From Botryllus schlosseri (Eukaryota): a stretch of DNA of 64,000 nt. Positions 53,084 to 64,000 of the stretch are shown here, piece by piece. The notes under the pieces are model-generated. The model was not told where the DNA came from and did no database searches. It was given only the letters and a program-made list of their open reading frames with translations. Every line of letters begins with the position of its first letter. Position 1 is the stretch's first letter. The stretch is from NCBI GenBank assembly GCA_051294905.1, contig CM119372.1, positions 16,246,001-16,310,000 on the forward strand, written 5' to 3'. A program made the position numbers and the translations under genes.

Positions 53084-56000
53084 GTTGATTACCTTCATCT
53101 TTTAAGGGAAAGTAACTACATGTCGAGCTTGAAATAGCCCAGTTAAGATAAATTGGGATATAATTCGCAAAATGTATTTTCCACACTGAAATCAGTGACC
53201 ACGAATAGGAAATTTACTCAATATCTGTAAGCATTTTCTGTTACGGGTGCATTCTTTACTCTACATCACAATATTCGCTTTTCATTGCTCCAATGTCACC
53301 CTCGAAAGCAAATTACGACTGGTTCGTGAAACACGAATACGAGGAATTAAGTGGCAAGAGAATTTCAGACGCACCTAAACAATCTTAGCAGCGCATATTC
53401 GGGGGCATGGCGACCACTGTATTCAATTTCCAATGACTCACAGCCAAAACGCAGGAAATGCAACATCTGGATGTATCTTCTGTCCCACCGATATGGATCT
53501 CATAACCCCGTGGGTGTTTTTTTTACAATGCATTACAATAATTCGGATGACAATAATGATTTGGAGACGATCATGTAAATATCTTCATTGAGACGAGTTA
53601 GTAGAAATCCAATTTCTTTTGCTAGACTATGACAAGAAGAGGTTTGAGATTATATTGAAGGTCATGCAGACGAATATTTGAGTCACGAATGGCTAACTTA
53701 ATGAGGCGATTTCGTGATTTGCGACGACGCCAAATCCTTTCTGCATGAGATGTATACCATCTTTAAAAAACTTACAAATGGGATTACAGCAGCCAATGGC
53801 CTCGTTACTGTCATGCTGACAATTTGACATGGTTTATGATGAGGGAATGTAGTTTGAATCTCATGCTTTAAGTTATTCTAACGTACGGTAGGTACTCCTA
53901 TCCGGGTTTGGCCTAATACCACTATTTATTTCATGACCATGATAACAGTACGTTCAAGCTCTAAGAGTAACACATGATTCTACACACCGCATATAACATA
54001 TACAACAGGCTTCATCCCAGCAATCTAAGTTCAATATCTCATGCACACTTAATACAAGATACGTTGAGACACAGTATCTATCGCAAGGAAGTAGTGCGGT
54101 GGGAAATATGGTTACCGGTGTATAATAAGACCAAGAAACGTGAGAAAATATCCTTAAATCGTTGGGTTCATGGTTTGCTTGTTAGCAATCGACATATCCT
54201 AACCACAGAGGCAATAAGCAATGTCAACATCTTGGTCATGTTGAATTTATTATATCGGACGCTGTGGAGTGTAACCATATTGCTGAATAGCCATATATCT
54301 TCAATAAATCTGCATTTACATTTTCTCAGAATCACGCTGTTGATTCAAAATTATACCCCGTTCCTTTTTTGTTTGCTGTTGATATAGTTTATACACCTGC
54401 GAAATTATTGGGTGAACGCATATTACGGATATCGAGAAAATTTTATAACGTGATACTATAATAAAAGTTTACCTGAATTGTGTTGGTGTCTATACACAAT
54501 TCTACATTATATATGTTGCTTATATAGCTAACGTACCATATTATCGAAACACCTTAATATACTAAACTGACAAAATTAATTTTCATCTTCCATCTTCTTG
54601 CAAAATGTTCATATTTTTCTGCTTCGTTGACGTTCAACAAAAGTTTGAATTCAATGAATTGACTCTATGAAATTGAAACTGGGTTGAACGCCTTCGAGCG
54701 GCCTTCGACTCACTCACTCTCTCCCTGCTATATTCGGCTCATTCGTTAGCTGCATTTTGCGAGAGAGACATTAACCTCGGTCAGACCGATATATTAGTGT
54801 TGCAGCTGTGGAACGAATCATTGCGGTATCTCGCCACTTCTTTATCCGGGTATCAGGGCATGAATTTGTTATGGGCTGCTAATGACCACGAATGAAGAGT
54901 AAATCAAGACGGATTAATCATTGACCTCTGATTAGATGCCTCGATCTAACACAGGGGTCGACAATCCCTGGCACAGAAGATTTCGAATGGAAGAAGCTCG
55001 TAGGTGACCAACCATTATTTGGTATAAATCAATAAAAGTAGAGTCTTTTTGGGCAGGTTCTATTTATCCTGAAATTTTTTTTCGAGCTTCACGCGATTTA
55101 TTGGAACCGAATATGATTTTATTGTGCATAACCACCAAACAATACATCGACAAAATACAAAATATGCTTAATATACAGCAGTGACTACAAACGTATCAGC
55201 AATTATGAGAGAACGGCCTAATAACGTATGTGGCCGATGGGATGCTTTAGTCTAGGGGTGCGCTCTGGGCAGCTTGTGGGACCATGACTATTAGATACCG
55301 GTAAGCTATAGAGGACACCAAGACATTACGTTTCGGGAAACATGCAACACCGTGAAGTGTGCGCTCTTAAAAATTTTGGCAGCGATAAAGCCTTGGAATT
55401 AAATAACCATCGCATGTTGGCAAAAACGTTTGATATTGATATGTTAAGGCGTCGAAATGACGGCGCTGAATAGTCCTATGCCTGAGTCGCACTGTGCAAA
55501 TGAGAACAATAAAAAGCCCGGCGACGAAACGCAAATTTTGAAGAATTTCTCACAAAAGAAGAATTTAATCTTGTTTCATCTGATACGTGTAAGCGATTCC
55601 AATGTCTTTTGAACAGCGACAGTCTTTATCGCGAGTTTTATAGCTTTGCAGACAAACCTAGTGTGTCATCAAACCGATTTATGAAGGGAATGTGCACATT
55701 TTTCACAATTAGGCCACACCGTCATAAGAACGTTGCTGCGCGTGTCACTTATTGACTATGGTAGAGAAGTGAGAACATAGTGGATTTTAAAACTACAAAA
55801 GCAAACCCAGAAGGTCCATCTCAGCGCTAATCGATTTATTTTTGCGATAATTAAGCAAATTACGTATATTAAATGATAGCTCTGGTGCGGTAGCGACCAG
55901 AATTTATACCTTTGGCGACCCATAGTTTGAGAGCCACTGCGGCGTAACCAATGATGTATATATAGGTATATAATAAGGTGTAACCGATGCCGTTGCCAGC

Positions 56001-56226
56001 TTCAGATAAGCGACTGATGGAATTTCTTGCTTAAAACGACAAATAAGGCAAAACTAAAATGCTTGGCACCCCAGTTGGTATCACTTTTGAAAATGACATA
56101 TTTTGGCTCGCTGCACACGAATGGTTGCCGACCTTTGGTCCAAAACATTTTGACTATCCCTTCACCCATATAATATAATATTATATCACATATATACAAT
56201 TAAATAGTATATTCATATTGAAATGA

Positions 56227-56270
56227 ACCCGAATATTTTCGGCTGACACTCGTCAGGGGTAATCGTCAGC
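56227..56270 (-). ncRNA. Mirror copy of the minimal hammerhead ribozyme
   Basis: Exact reverse complement of 56360-56403 in the left arm of the palindrome. Confidence 0.8.
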
Positions 56271-56359
56271 AACTAGTAGAGAATTGGAAAGAACATTGTA
56301 TATCAACAATCGTGATACGATTGTTGATATACAATGTTCTTTCCAATTCTCTACTAGTT

Positions 56360-56403
56360 GCTGACGATTACCCCTGACGAGTGTCAGCCGAAAATATTCG
56401 GGT
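56360..56403 (+). ncRNA. Minimal type I hammerhead ribozyme (PLE type)
   Basis: ACCC-CUGACGA-GUGUCAGCC-GAAA-AUAU-UC-GGGU: intact core, stem I ACCC/GGGU, palindromic stem III AAUAUU; predicted cleavage after C56399. Confidence 0.8.
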
Positions 56404-56857
56404 TCATTTCAATATGAATATACTATTTAATTGTATATTGAAGTTCTGTACCTCCAAGAAGCTCTTCAAATATCACATATATAATATTCAACTCTTAAGG
56501 AACATATCCGATGCTCGCGTAGATAATTGTGTGTGGTGTACAATCAATTAACCATTTTCATATCATCTTTATGTAATAAACGATTGTTTTTCTCTGCATA
56601 TGGCAGATTTGCTGTTCTGTAATGCTGTTTATATAATCTGTTTTGTTTCTTACATAATTAGCGCGATGGATTCGTTGTGCTATTCAATCGGGTGCATTGT
56701 ACACCCTGGGGTGTACCAAAATTTTTAATGCGTGTACCACTCGGATGGGGTGTACTAGGGTGCACCAGATCCGCATTACAAACGACGGATGACTTGCTAT
56801 CACAATAAACATGTAAGTTTATGCTTCAGAACAGGTTGACCGGATGTGCAATATCAC

Positions 56858-57234
56858 CAGGGTTACCATATATTGGAATCGGGAATGGAGGGCACTTTTA
56901 CCAAATCAGAATAGTTCGTTGATCAAGACTGAAAACAGCGGATTTTGCTATTTTCGCTGAAAAATTTGTGGATTTGACTAAAAAAGTTCGACTCCCGATT
57001 TACACACTTTTTAATTAGATGTATAGTGGCGCTGACTAAAAAAAGGTCGTCACTTCCGATTGACTCCCGCATCACCCGCTCAAACGTCCGTATTTGCTAC
57101 TTGGAGTCATGTATGACCATTTGCAGTCGAATCTGTCCATTGTCCCAGCTGTCAAAGCTCTGCAGGAGGATGAATTGCCAAAAACCTGAAAAAGGAGGCC
57201 AAATACTTGTAAAGGAGGACGTATGGTAACCCTA
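56858..57234. mobile_element. (C/T)AGGGTTACCATA MITE
   Basis: TSD AATATCAC. Confidence 0.88.
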
Positions 57235-58471
57235 AATATCACACAATGCTCATATAAACTGTATACGCAGTTTGTAAATCACATTCATTTTGTGGTGTCA
57301 TAAGCAAATGTTTCTCCTCATCATTTAACCGTTGGCAATGGAATTATTGGTTCCTCTTGTAGTAAAACAGGGTCGAGTTAACATGTGTTCAGCTCGCGAT
57401 ATCTGTCTACAACGATTCTTGCCGCGATCGCTCAGAGATTTTGAATTGGTACTTCCTGTGACAAGCTTATAAATAGCGTAGAGTATACATTATTGTATAG
57501 GAGCGTAGCCAGGGTGTCTCGGGGGTCGAGTTTGAGAAACACCGTGTTATATGGTGGTCCGGTAACCTCAAACCCCGATTGTTATTTCGGATTTTCTAGC
57601 CTTGCACATCCTCATTTCGGTTAGGCCCGCGGTGGCGAACCAGTAACCGTAAGACTATAATTATTCTGTCGTCTACACATAATTAAATTAGCGTATGTTG
57701 GCGGTCGTCAATACGCAATTTGAATTTAGGAAATTGGCTCCCAAATCTTTGAGAGATTTTCATTCAACCTAAAAATTTTCTTCACGCTTAGCGCGATTCA
57801 GGGTGACTTGGATTTTCCGTTTTTAATATAATAGCGTCCTGGCAATCGGAGCCCCACTGCACAAATGCGTTCCCCAGCGGAAAATGACGCGCCCCTTAAA
57901 AATGCCAAGTTGGAATCGTGTTAGTCTAACGCATGAAGGTGTTGCTGGTACGTTTGGTTGATTCCAATATACATTGATTATACCGACAGTCCGGATGGGA
58001 GGTCAAGAAATAACAACATGCGAAAAAGTGATAAATAAAAACCAGAAGATGGATCATCATTTAACTTGTGCCCAAATTTTTTCGAAACACTCCTCCATTA
58101 GCTGCACCGGTTAATATGATCACGTGGGCTGAGAATGAATAAAATTTTGACAGTAATATGTGAAACTACCAACATTATCGACGAAATTCAATCAAGAGAT
58201 AGGAAAATTATTGGCGGTACGCGCGACTACAAACCGAATCCCAATAGTCCTTCCCTGACATTTATACGCGCGATTTTTGTGCATATATAGTATGGCTATA
58301 CGGTGATGTTCTGCTTCTACAAATAGAAACTTCTATACGCAAGGTATATCTGAAGAAATCAGTGGTGGCACAGAACATCATAAGGGCTCTCAGCGGTGCA
58401 AAGTTCATAGTAGCCAGTTTCACATGAGTATTTGAAGTCCAGAGGGGCCTTGACGATTTACCGCTAGAATG

Positions 58472-58747
58472 ATGTGGCGAGATAGCGTAGTGGTATAATC
58501 CGCAGCTGCAACACCAATGGTTTGCGTGTTCGAGTCCGACCGAGGTCGACTCCAGAATTCCTACCTAAGTGTTGGAGGTTTATCTAGGCTCCTCGACATA
58601 TCATCCGTGTAAGCGGTGTCTTATAAAAACCCAAAAGTGAGCCGTGCTACAAGTCGGCAGCTACGGAATAAAAAGGAAGAAGTAGTCCTGGTGTAAATGA
58701 CCATAGAAGTCGACAAACACCATGAATCTCTCAAAACAACAACAACA
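58472..58747 (+). mobile_element. tRNA-derived SINE (family S1), full length
   Basis: A-box-like TAGCGTAGTGG, B-box GTTCGAGTCC, (CAA)n tail, 12-bp TSD ACCGCTAGAATG (58460-58471 / 58748-58759). Confidence 0.9.
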
Positions 58748-58921
58748 ACCGCTAGAATGCGAACGCATGCTAAATGTGTAATCGAAATGCGGCCATGAAT
58801 TGGAAAAAGGCCGAACACCCCTGGACTAGGCTTACTATGGAATCGGTGTATTATGTGGTCAGGGGTGTCCGTGTTTTGAGTAATCCACCAAGAAAAGGTT
58901 GATGATCACTAGTGTGTGTGC

Positions 58922-59451
58922 CAGAGGTGGTCAGTAACGAAGTACTTCTACTTTTGTAAAGTACTCAAGTAGTTTTCCACTAATTGGGTACTTACTCAAG
59001 TAGATCTAATTTGCCGCCATTTCTACTTCTACTTCGTAATATTTTGTGATCTACTTACTTACTTTTCGCTATTTTCAGTTTGTCAAGTAGAACTAGTTTA
59101 ATCCGCCAATCGGAAAAATAGCCTGAGGAATTTCGGGGCTGTTTTCACGGAGTATCAAAATTTAATTTTCATAAAAGTTGGGTAAAGCCCAGAATTTCCG
59201 AGGAGTACACTAATACGATTTTACGAACGCAGCTTGCAGCTTTTGACAATCTATCTACGTGAACGAATCACGATCGTTTTCACAACTACTTAATTGCTTG
59301 AGTAGATTCAAAGTCAGTCAATTCTACTTCTACTTCAATTAGTTTTAGTCTGCTTCTAAAAGGACTACTTCTACTCGTACTTGGGTATATTTTTGCGTCG
59401 CTACTTCTACTGCTAGTTAAGTAGCTTTCTTGACTACTTTGACTACCTCTG
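58922..59451. mobile_element. Family A element, internally deleted
   Basis: Both TIRs present; TSD GTGTGTGC / GTGTGCCC. Confidence 0.85.
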
Positions 59452-60660
59452 GTGTGCCCACTCTGTGAGGCTACACGCTTTACAGTAGGACAGCGTTGTT
59501 AAAAAAACAACTTTTTTTTTTAACTTTAATGGCCTAAATTTTCAATTGTGCACTTGATTCGCATCCTATTCATAGATTTTTATGAAACCTTTTTATAAAT
59601 AAATCTAGCAGCGACAAGTATATGTGAGATCACGACAGTGGTGTATCCAAGGAGGGTTTCAGGGGCTCGGAACCACCACTTTTCAAATTTTGTCATCGTG
59701 GAATATTGCCCGCTGATATTTGCTCATTTATCAGTCCAATATGATCTTTGTTTTCTATAGGGTCAATACGGTACCTTCGAGTTATTTGGGGGTCTACGTC
59801 GGACAAATCAGATCCGTCGAGTTCGATACGAAATTTTTATAATAGCAAAACACGCTTTCAAATCTTGGAATGCACGATGTCTTGATTTAATGGGAGGGAC
59901 ACGGTAGTTTTCAAGTCCCCATAGTCTTTCTGATCATCGGCGAGAAATGAACTTCTATGCAAGTGACATTGCCAATTACAACTTCAAATTACAAACATAG
60001 CCATGTATTGGGCATGTATCTATGAACGTTACCTTCCACATTCAAACAAAAAGTTCATGTCTATACTTTATGTTACCGTGGAATAATTTGAGAATTGAGT
60101 ATTAAAGTTCACCAAATGATATCAGTTATGAGTTCATCGGCGACCGAAAAGAGGAAATAAACTTTAAAGCCGCGATCATCACCGATGCACCGCACCAACC
60201 GAATCACATAGTTATGTCACATGAAGAATGCAGGCGTCCGTTATTTTAAACATGTCAAATTAATTATTAGTGTCGCTTTAGTGACGCACACTTGAGCGGT
60301 ACTTCAAATATAAATTATCTTTTGTAGTGGCGTGTAATCTGTATAGGTCACTTCACCTTTCGTCGACCCATCGCTTGTTTTTCGTATTGTCTCTACCGCG
60401 CCAACGTAGCGCCGACTGTCTCAGTCTGGCGAAATGTTTAACAAACTGTGTGTCTGGCAATCTCCTATTTGAATTTATGGAAATGTGCAATTAATTAGAG
60501 TTTATAAGTATGTGCAAGAAACAGTGCTTGGTGGTAATTCCGTATACTCATAAACTACATTTAGTGTGTATATACTGTACATATGAACGGAAATACCACC
60601 TCACGCTACTGTCTAGACGGGCAGTAAACGGTAGTATTATACAATAAGGCATTGCGTAGC

Positions 60661-60936
60661 GGTGTAAATGACATATATCGCCACGGCCCGTGGACATAAT
60701 AGCATGCATGCGACATAATAGCATGCCTCACTTCAACATGCGACACTTGAGCATGTTGGTAAAAATGGGGAAGAGAGCTGGGTATGGAGATTGAGGATTC
60801 GTTAGGGTTAGGTTTGGGGTTAGGATATATACGGATTGATTTCGGGTACGTTTTGGGGTTGTGAAGCCACATGTCAAAGTGAAGCATGACAAAGTGTCGT
60901 TTATAAGTGTGTCGCATGCTCCTATGTCGGTAAACC
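60661..60936. mobile_element. Short IR element with internal telomere-like repeats
   Basis: GACATAATAGCATG repeats versus TGTCGCATGCTCCTATGTC; GTTAGGGTTAGGTTTGGGGTTAGG at 60801-60824. Confidence 0.6.
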
Positions 60937-63900
60937 ATATCGCAACATCGGCATAAATCCCTGTGAGTTATTGCAGACAGTGAGCGGTATCGGTTCCCTT
61001 GATATTTTCAACAGTTCGATCTGAATCAACTCACCTCTGACGTTGGGAAGCGCATAATTTATCGTGTCAATAAATATATAGTATTAGGCGTAATGCACTC
61101 TTCACTTTTGCTGGCCTCCGCGCTTACACATAGCACATTTCCGTAATATGTCGTTGAACGTGAGTGCAGCATCGTGTTGTAGAGTTAGTAAGTAGACCCG
61201 TGTATGACTTTCAATTCATAGAAATAAAACAGGTCGATCGACACGCCGTGGCGATCGCATATCAATTCTAGCACCGTGTAAAAAGCACAACAACTTACAA
61301 TACATAGACCACGGGGAGAAAATATGCAGTTTGTGCCGCTAAATAGTTGAAAGTTTTTTTTTTAATGTTTGCTAGATCATCGTGTTGAAACCAATCGAAA
61401 TCAAAGTCGTCATCACATTTTTTCAAATGCAAGCTCAACAAGAGGAATGTATAATGCATTATTTATTGTCATGGAAGTTGTTTCGTCAAGTGAATTCAGA
61501 AGAACATTCTCGAACCGATTCTATTTAAATACATCGGATGTCTGCTTCCAAACTTTTTGCTCGTGACTCTATATTCCCCAATATATTTCCACCACCCGGC
61601 TATCATTTCTATTATATTTAAAAACGAGCGACGCATATCACAATAATATTTTCGCACCACGACTGTACAGGAGATGTGCGACCTGAAATGGAGATAATTA
61701 CATATTCAAAGTAGGTTATGGGTTCTGCAATTTGTTCTACTTTACATGAGACACACTTGGTGGCATCGGAGCACCCTATTTTGTTGCGTTGGAAATGTAA
61801 ACTATAGTGCCCTTTTCGCAATCTTAATACAGTGGCACGACGCAGCGTAGTTGATGTATATATTATCGCACAAGTAGCAGTGTCTCATATCCCAATTTCG
61901 TCGTGGTGAAGAGCATAGTGTATTAGCGATAATATCATAATATATAGAGCGCCGAATACAGCAATATATCTTCCCTAAACTAGGGAGCTGTATACACAGG
62001 GCTAATAAGATATATGAAATTATGAAGATATGTATAAAAGACGTAGTGCATAGTTATATGAAATGAATGAACATCGAACAATGAACATTACTGCACGCAG
62101 GTTCTGCGCTTCAAAACACCCAGTCAATCGGAAAACCCACGTAGTGACTGCACGAAGGGCTCTATGGAGCATAATCACTTTACCTTTTATGTTCAGAAAG
62201 CAGAGTGAGTGTCGTCTGCTGATGGATAATTTCGTTACCACCGTAACCTGCGTTTGCACCTAACAATTTACATGTTAGTCGAAATCAATAATTACAGCGA
62301 AACTTAAACCGTTGCGGTTCAACAGCATCCAATCAGAGTTGAGCACGAGTCAATGATTGTACCGTACGTGACTTTTTGGAAAAGACCGATGGAATCGCAA
62401 GACAATACTACCTGTCATCGAAATTAATGCATTCTGTTGGAAATACGGTATTCGGATATATATTATCTGGAAACGTATGCTAAAAATGGTATTATAAAGA
62501 TGAGGATTTAAGGACAATAATAACTTAATGCCTTTAAAATTAACGTGGGACCCCCTATTACATAAATGGCATTGAGTTACCTATATTATATTCTGCTCGA
62601 TGGTAATTTCTGTGATATAGGATATATATCCTTAATTGTTTGCAAGATATAGGCTCGTTCGCAGGTACTTGAACGCATGACCGTAACTGTCGTACTCCGA
62701 ACCTCCAAATTGGGGGTGGGCGAGCTCGAAGGGGGCCCGAATTTATTTCATGAACGAACATATAAATGTAGTATTTATTTGAAAATTTGTGCAACTTTAT
62801 TCTTTTTTTACTCGCTATGCGCGATTTAGTGTCGATGATTTTGTAGAACCAAGCATTTCGGCGTCGACCATTACCGTGCCGTGCCGCACGAAGACATACG
62901 CAGTTTAGTTTAATTATTATTACGGGCCTTAAGTTTTCCACAATAACACCTCACCAGCTCTGCCGGTAATCTGACTACGTGTACTGAGAAAGGTCAAAAG
63001 ATTTCTAGCAATCCATATGCGATTTCCAATATTATGGACCGATTCAATCATGAATTATAGAAAATTTTCGCGCTTGGCGCGATTAGTCCAGATAAAGTAG
63101 CTAATTACTGAATACAAGAAATATCGCTTACAAGTAAGGTCGCAAACGTATATCCCGAAGGGGTCTTGGGGCGAGGCCCCCATAAGTTTGGTTTATCGCC
63201 TCAAGGAAGACCCGAGACCAATGTTTTGGTGGGGGGCGCTGACGAAGTGCATTTTCGGCCTTGCTTGTACGTCACGTACCAGGTAGTCTACACCATAGGC
63301 GCCGAGTTTCGGGGTGGCGGGGTGGCGCGGCCACCCCATTACACATTTATGGGGTGGCGGCCACCCCATACAATTAGATTAAACGCCCGCTGTCTGCGAT
63401 TTCTAATCATCAGCGCTGTCAATTAGCGAGTCCGTGATAGCGCGTAAATGCCAGCTATTTACCATTAACCGATACGCGCGCGAACTAGTGCTTAAAATAT
63501 CCCAATAAATTCTAATCCGTGATTAGTAATCGGACAGTCGAAGCAACCTCGTTTACGACGTCGATTTCGACACGCTGCGCTGAGAAACACCATCTTCTCT
63601 CTCGACCAGACGAGCGAATTCACGTTCTCCTTCTCTTATTTAAATTGTATTTGCGCCCATACTCGTTTACAAAATAATTCTTGGGGTAGTTCCGTGATAG
63701 TCTCTTTAATTGGAGGCTTGGAGCGCGAAATAGGACAGTGTGTTTGTGTTTGCCTGCGAATTGAAAGTCATTACTGCGCAAAGTGCGCATATTCATTACT
63801 CTTACAAGGCTTTGCCAAATTTTATCGGGAAATGCAACAATGCAGCTCAAACGTCGTTATAATGAGAAAACAATTGTCGCGATGTTAGACTCGGAACCCC

Positions 63901-64000
63901 ATTGTGCTGTGCGCAAGTTGAGGAATTACTGATTGGATGCGCGCTTTCTCGTATACTATCATCTGTAGGCTACTAATTCTTGTCTGCTTTATACACTCGT

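Larger units (their letters stand above)
56192..56469. mobile_element. Penelope-like retroelement terminal fragment: inverted pLTR-like palindrome plus a 31-nt tail
   Basis: Perfect inverted repeat 56192-56313 / 56317-56438 with a GAT loop. Flanked by the direct repeat ATATCACATATATA (56183-56196, 56470-56483). Each arm has a hammerhead motif. Confidence 0.8.

Noticed and set aside
53437..54387. Exon-like segments and a 137-aa plus-strand ORF
   Set aside because: The frames tested contained stops or had no recognisable protein features; could be UTR or lncRNA.
58472..58550. tRNA gene-like sequences (also 7701, 27590, 34890, 42488)
   Set aside because: No proper cloverleaf; each continues into a shared body and simple-repeat tail, some with TSDs, so they are SINE heads.

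Overview
Repeat-dense, AT-rich genomic DNA from an invertebrate animal. An ascidian is plausible but not provable from this sequence. Almost all ORFs in the six-frame track are spurious or come from repeats. Two spliced + strand genes can be reconstructed by hand with GT-AG introns and matching phases: a 200-aa GTP cyclohydrolase I (GCH1; 6 coding exons, 10931-22476) and a 171-aa GAPR-1/GLIPR2-like CAP protein (4 coding exons, 33253-40020). A small secreted-peptide gene on the - strand (50078-50852) is only a candidate. Most of the rest is deeply nested non-autonomous hAT-type elements with 8-bp TSDs, tRNA-derived SINEs, an RLE-type (R4-like) LINE 3' fragment and a decayed Chapaev3-like transposase. 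The most striking non-genic structure is a perfect 122-bp-arm palindrome (56192-56438). Each arm carries a minimal type I hammerhead ribozyme of the Penelope-like element (PLE) class, with a predicted 7-bp pseudoknot. Also notable is a SINE whose 3' tail matches the 3' UTR of the R4-like LINE in this window and whose body is shared with a SINE that has a different tail.
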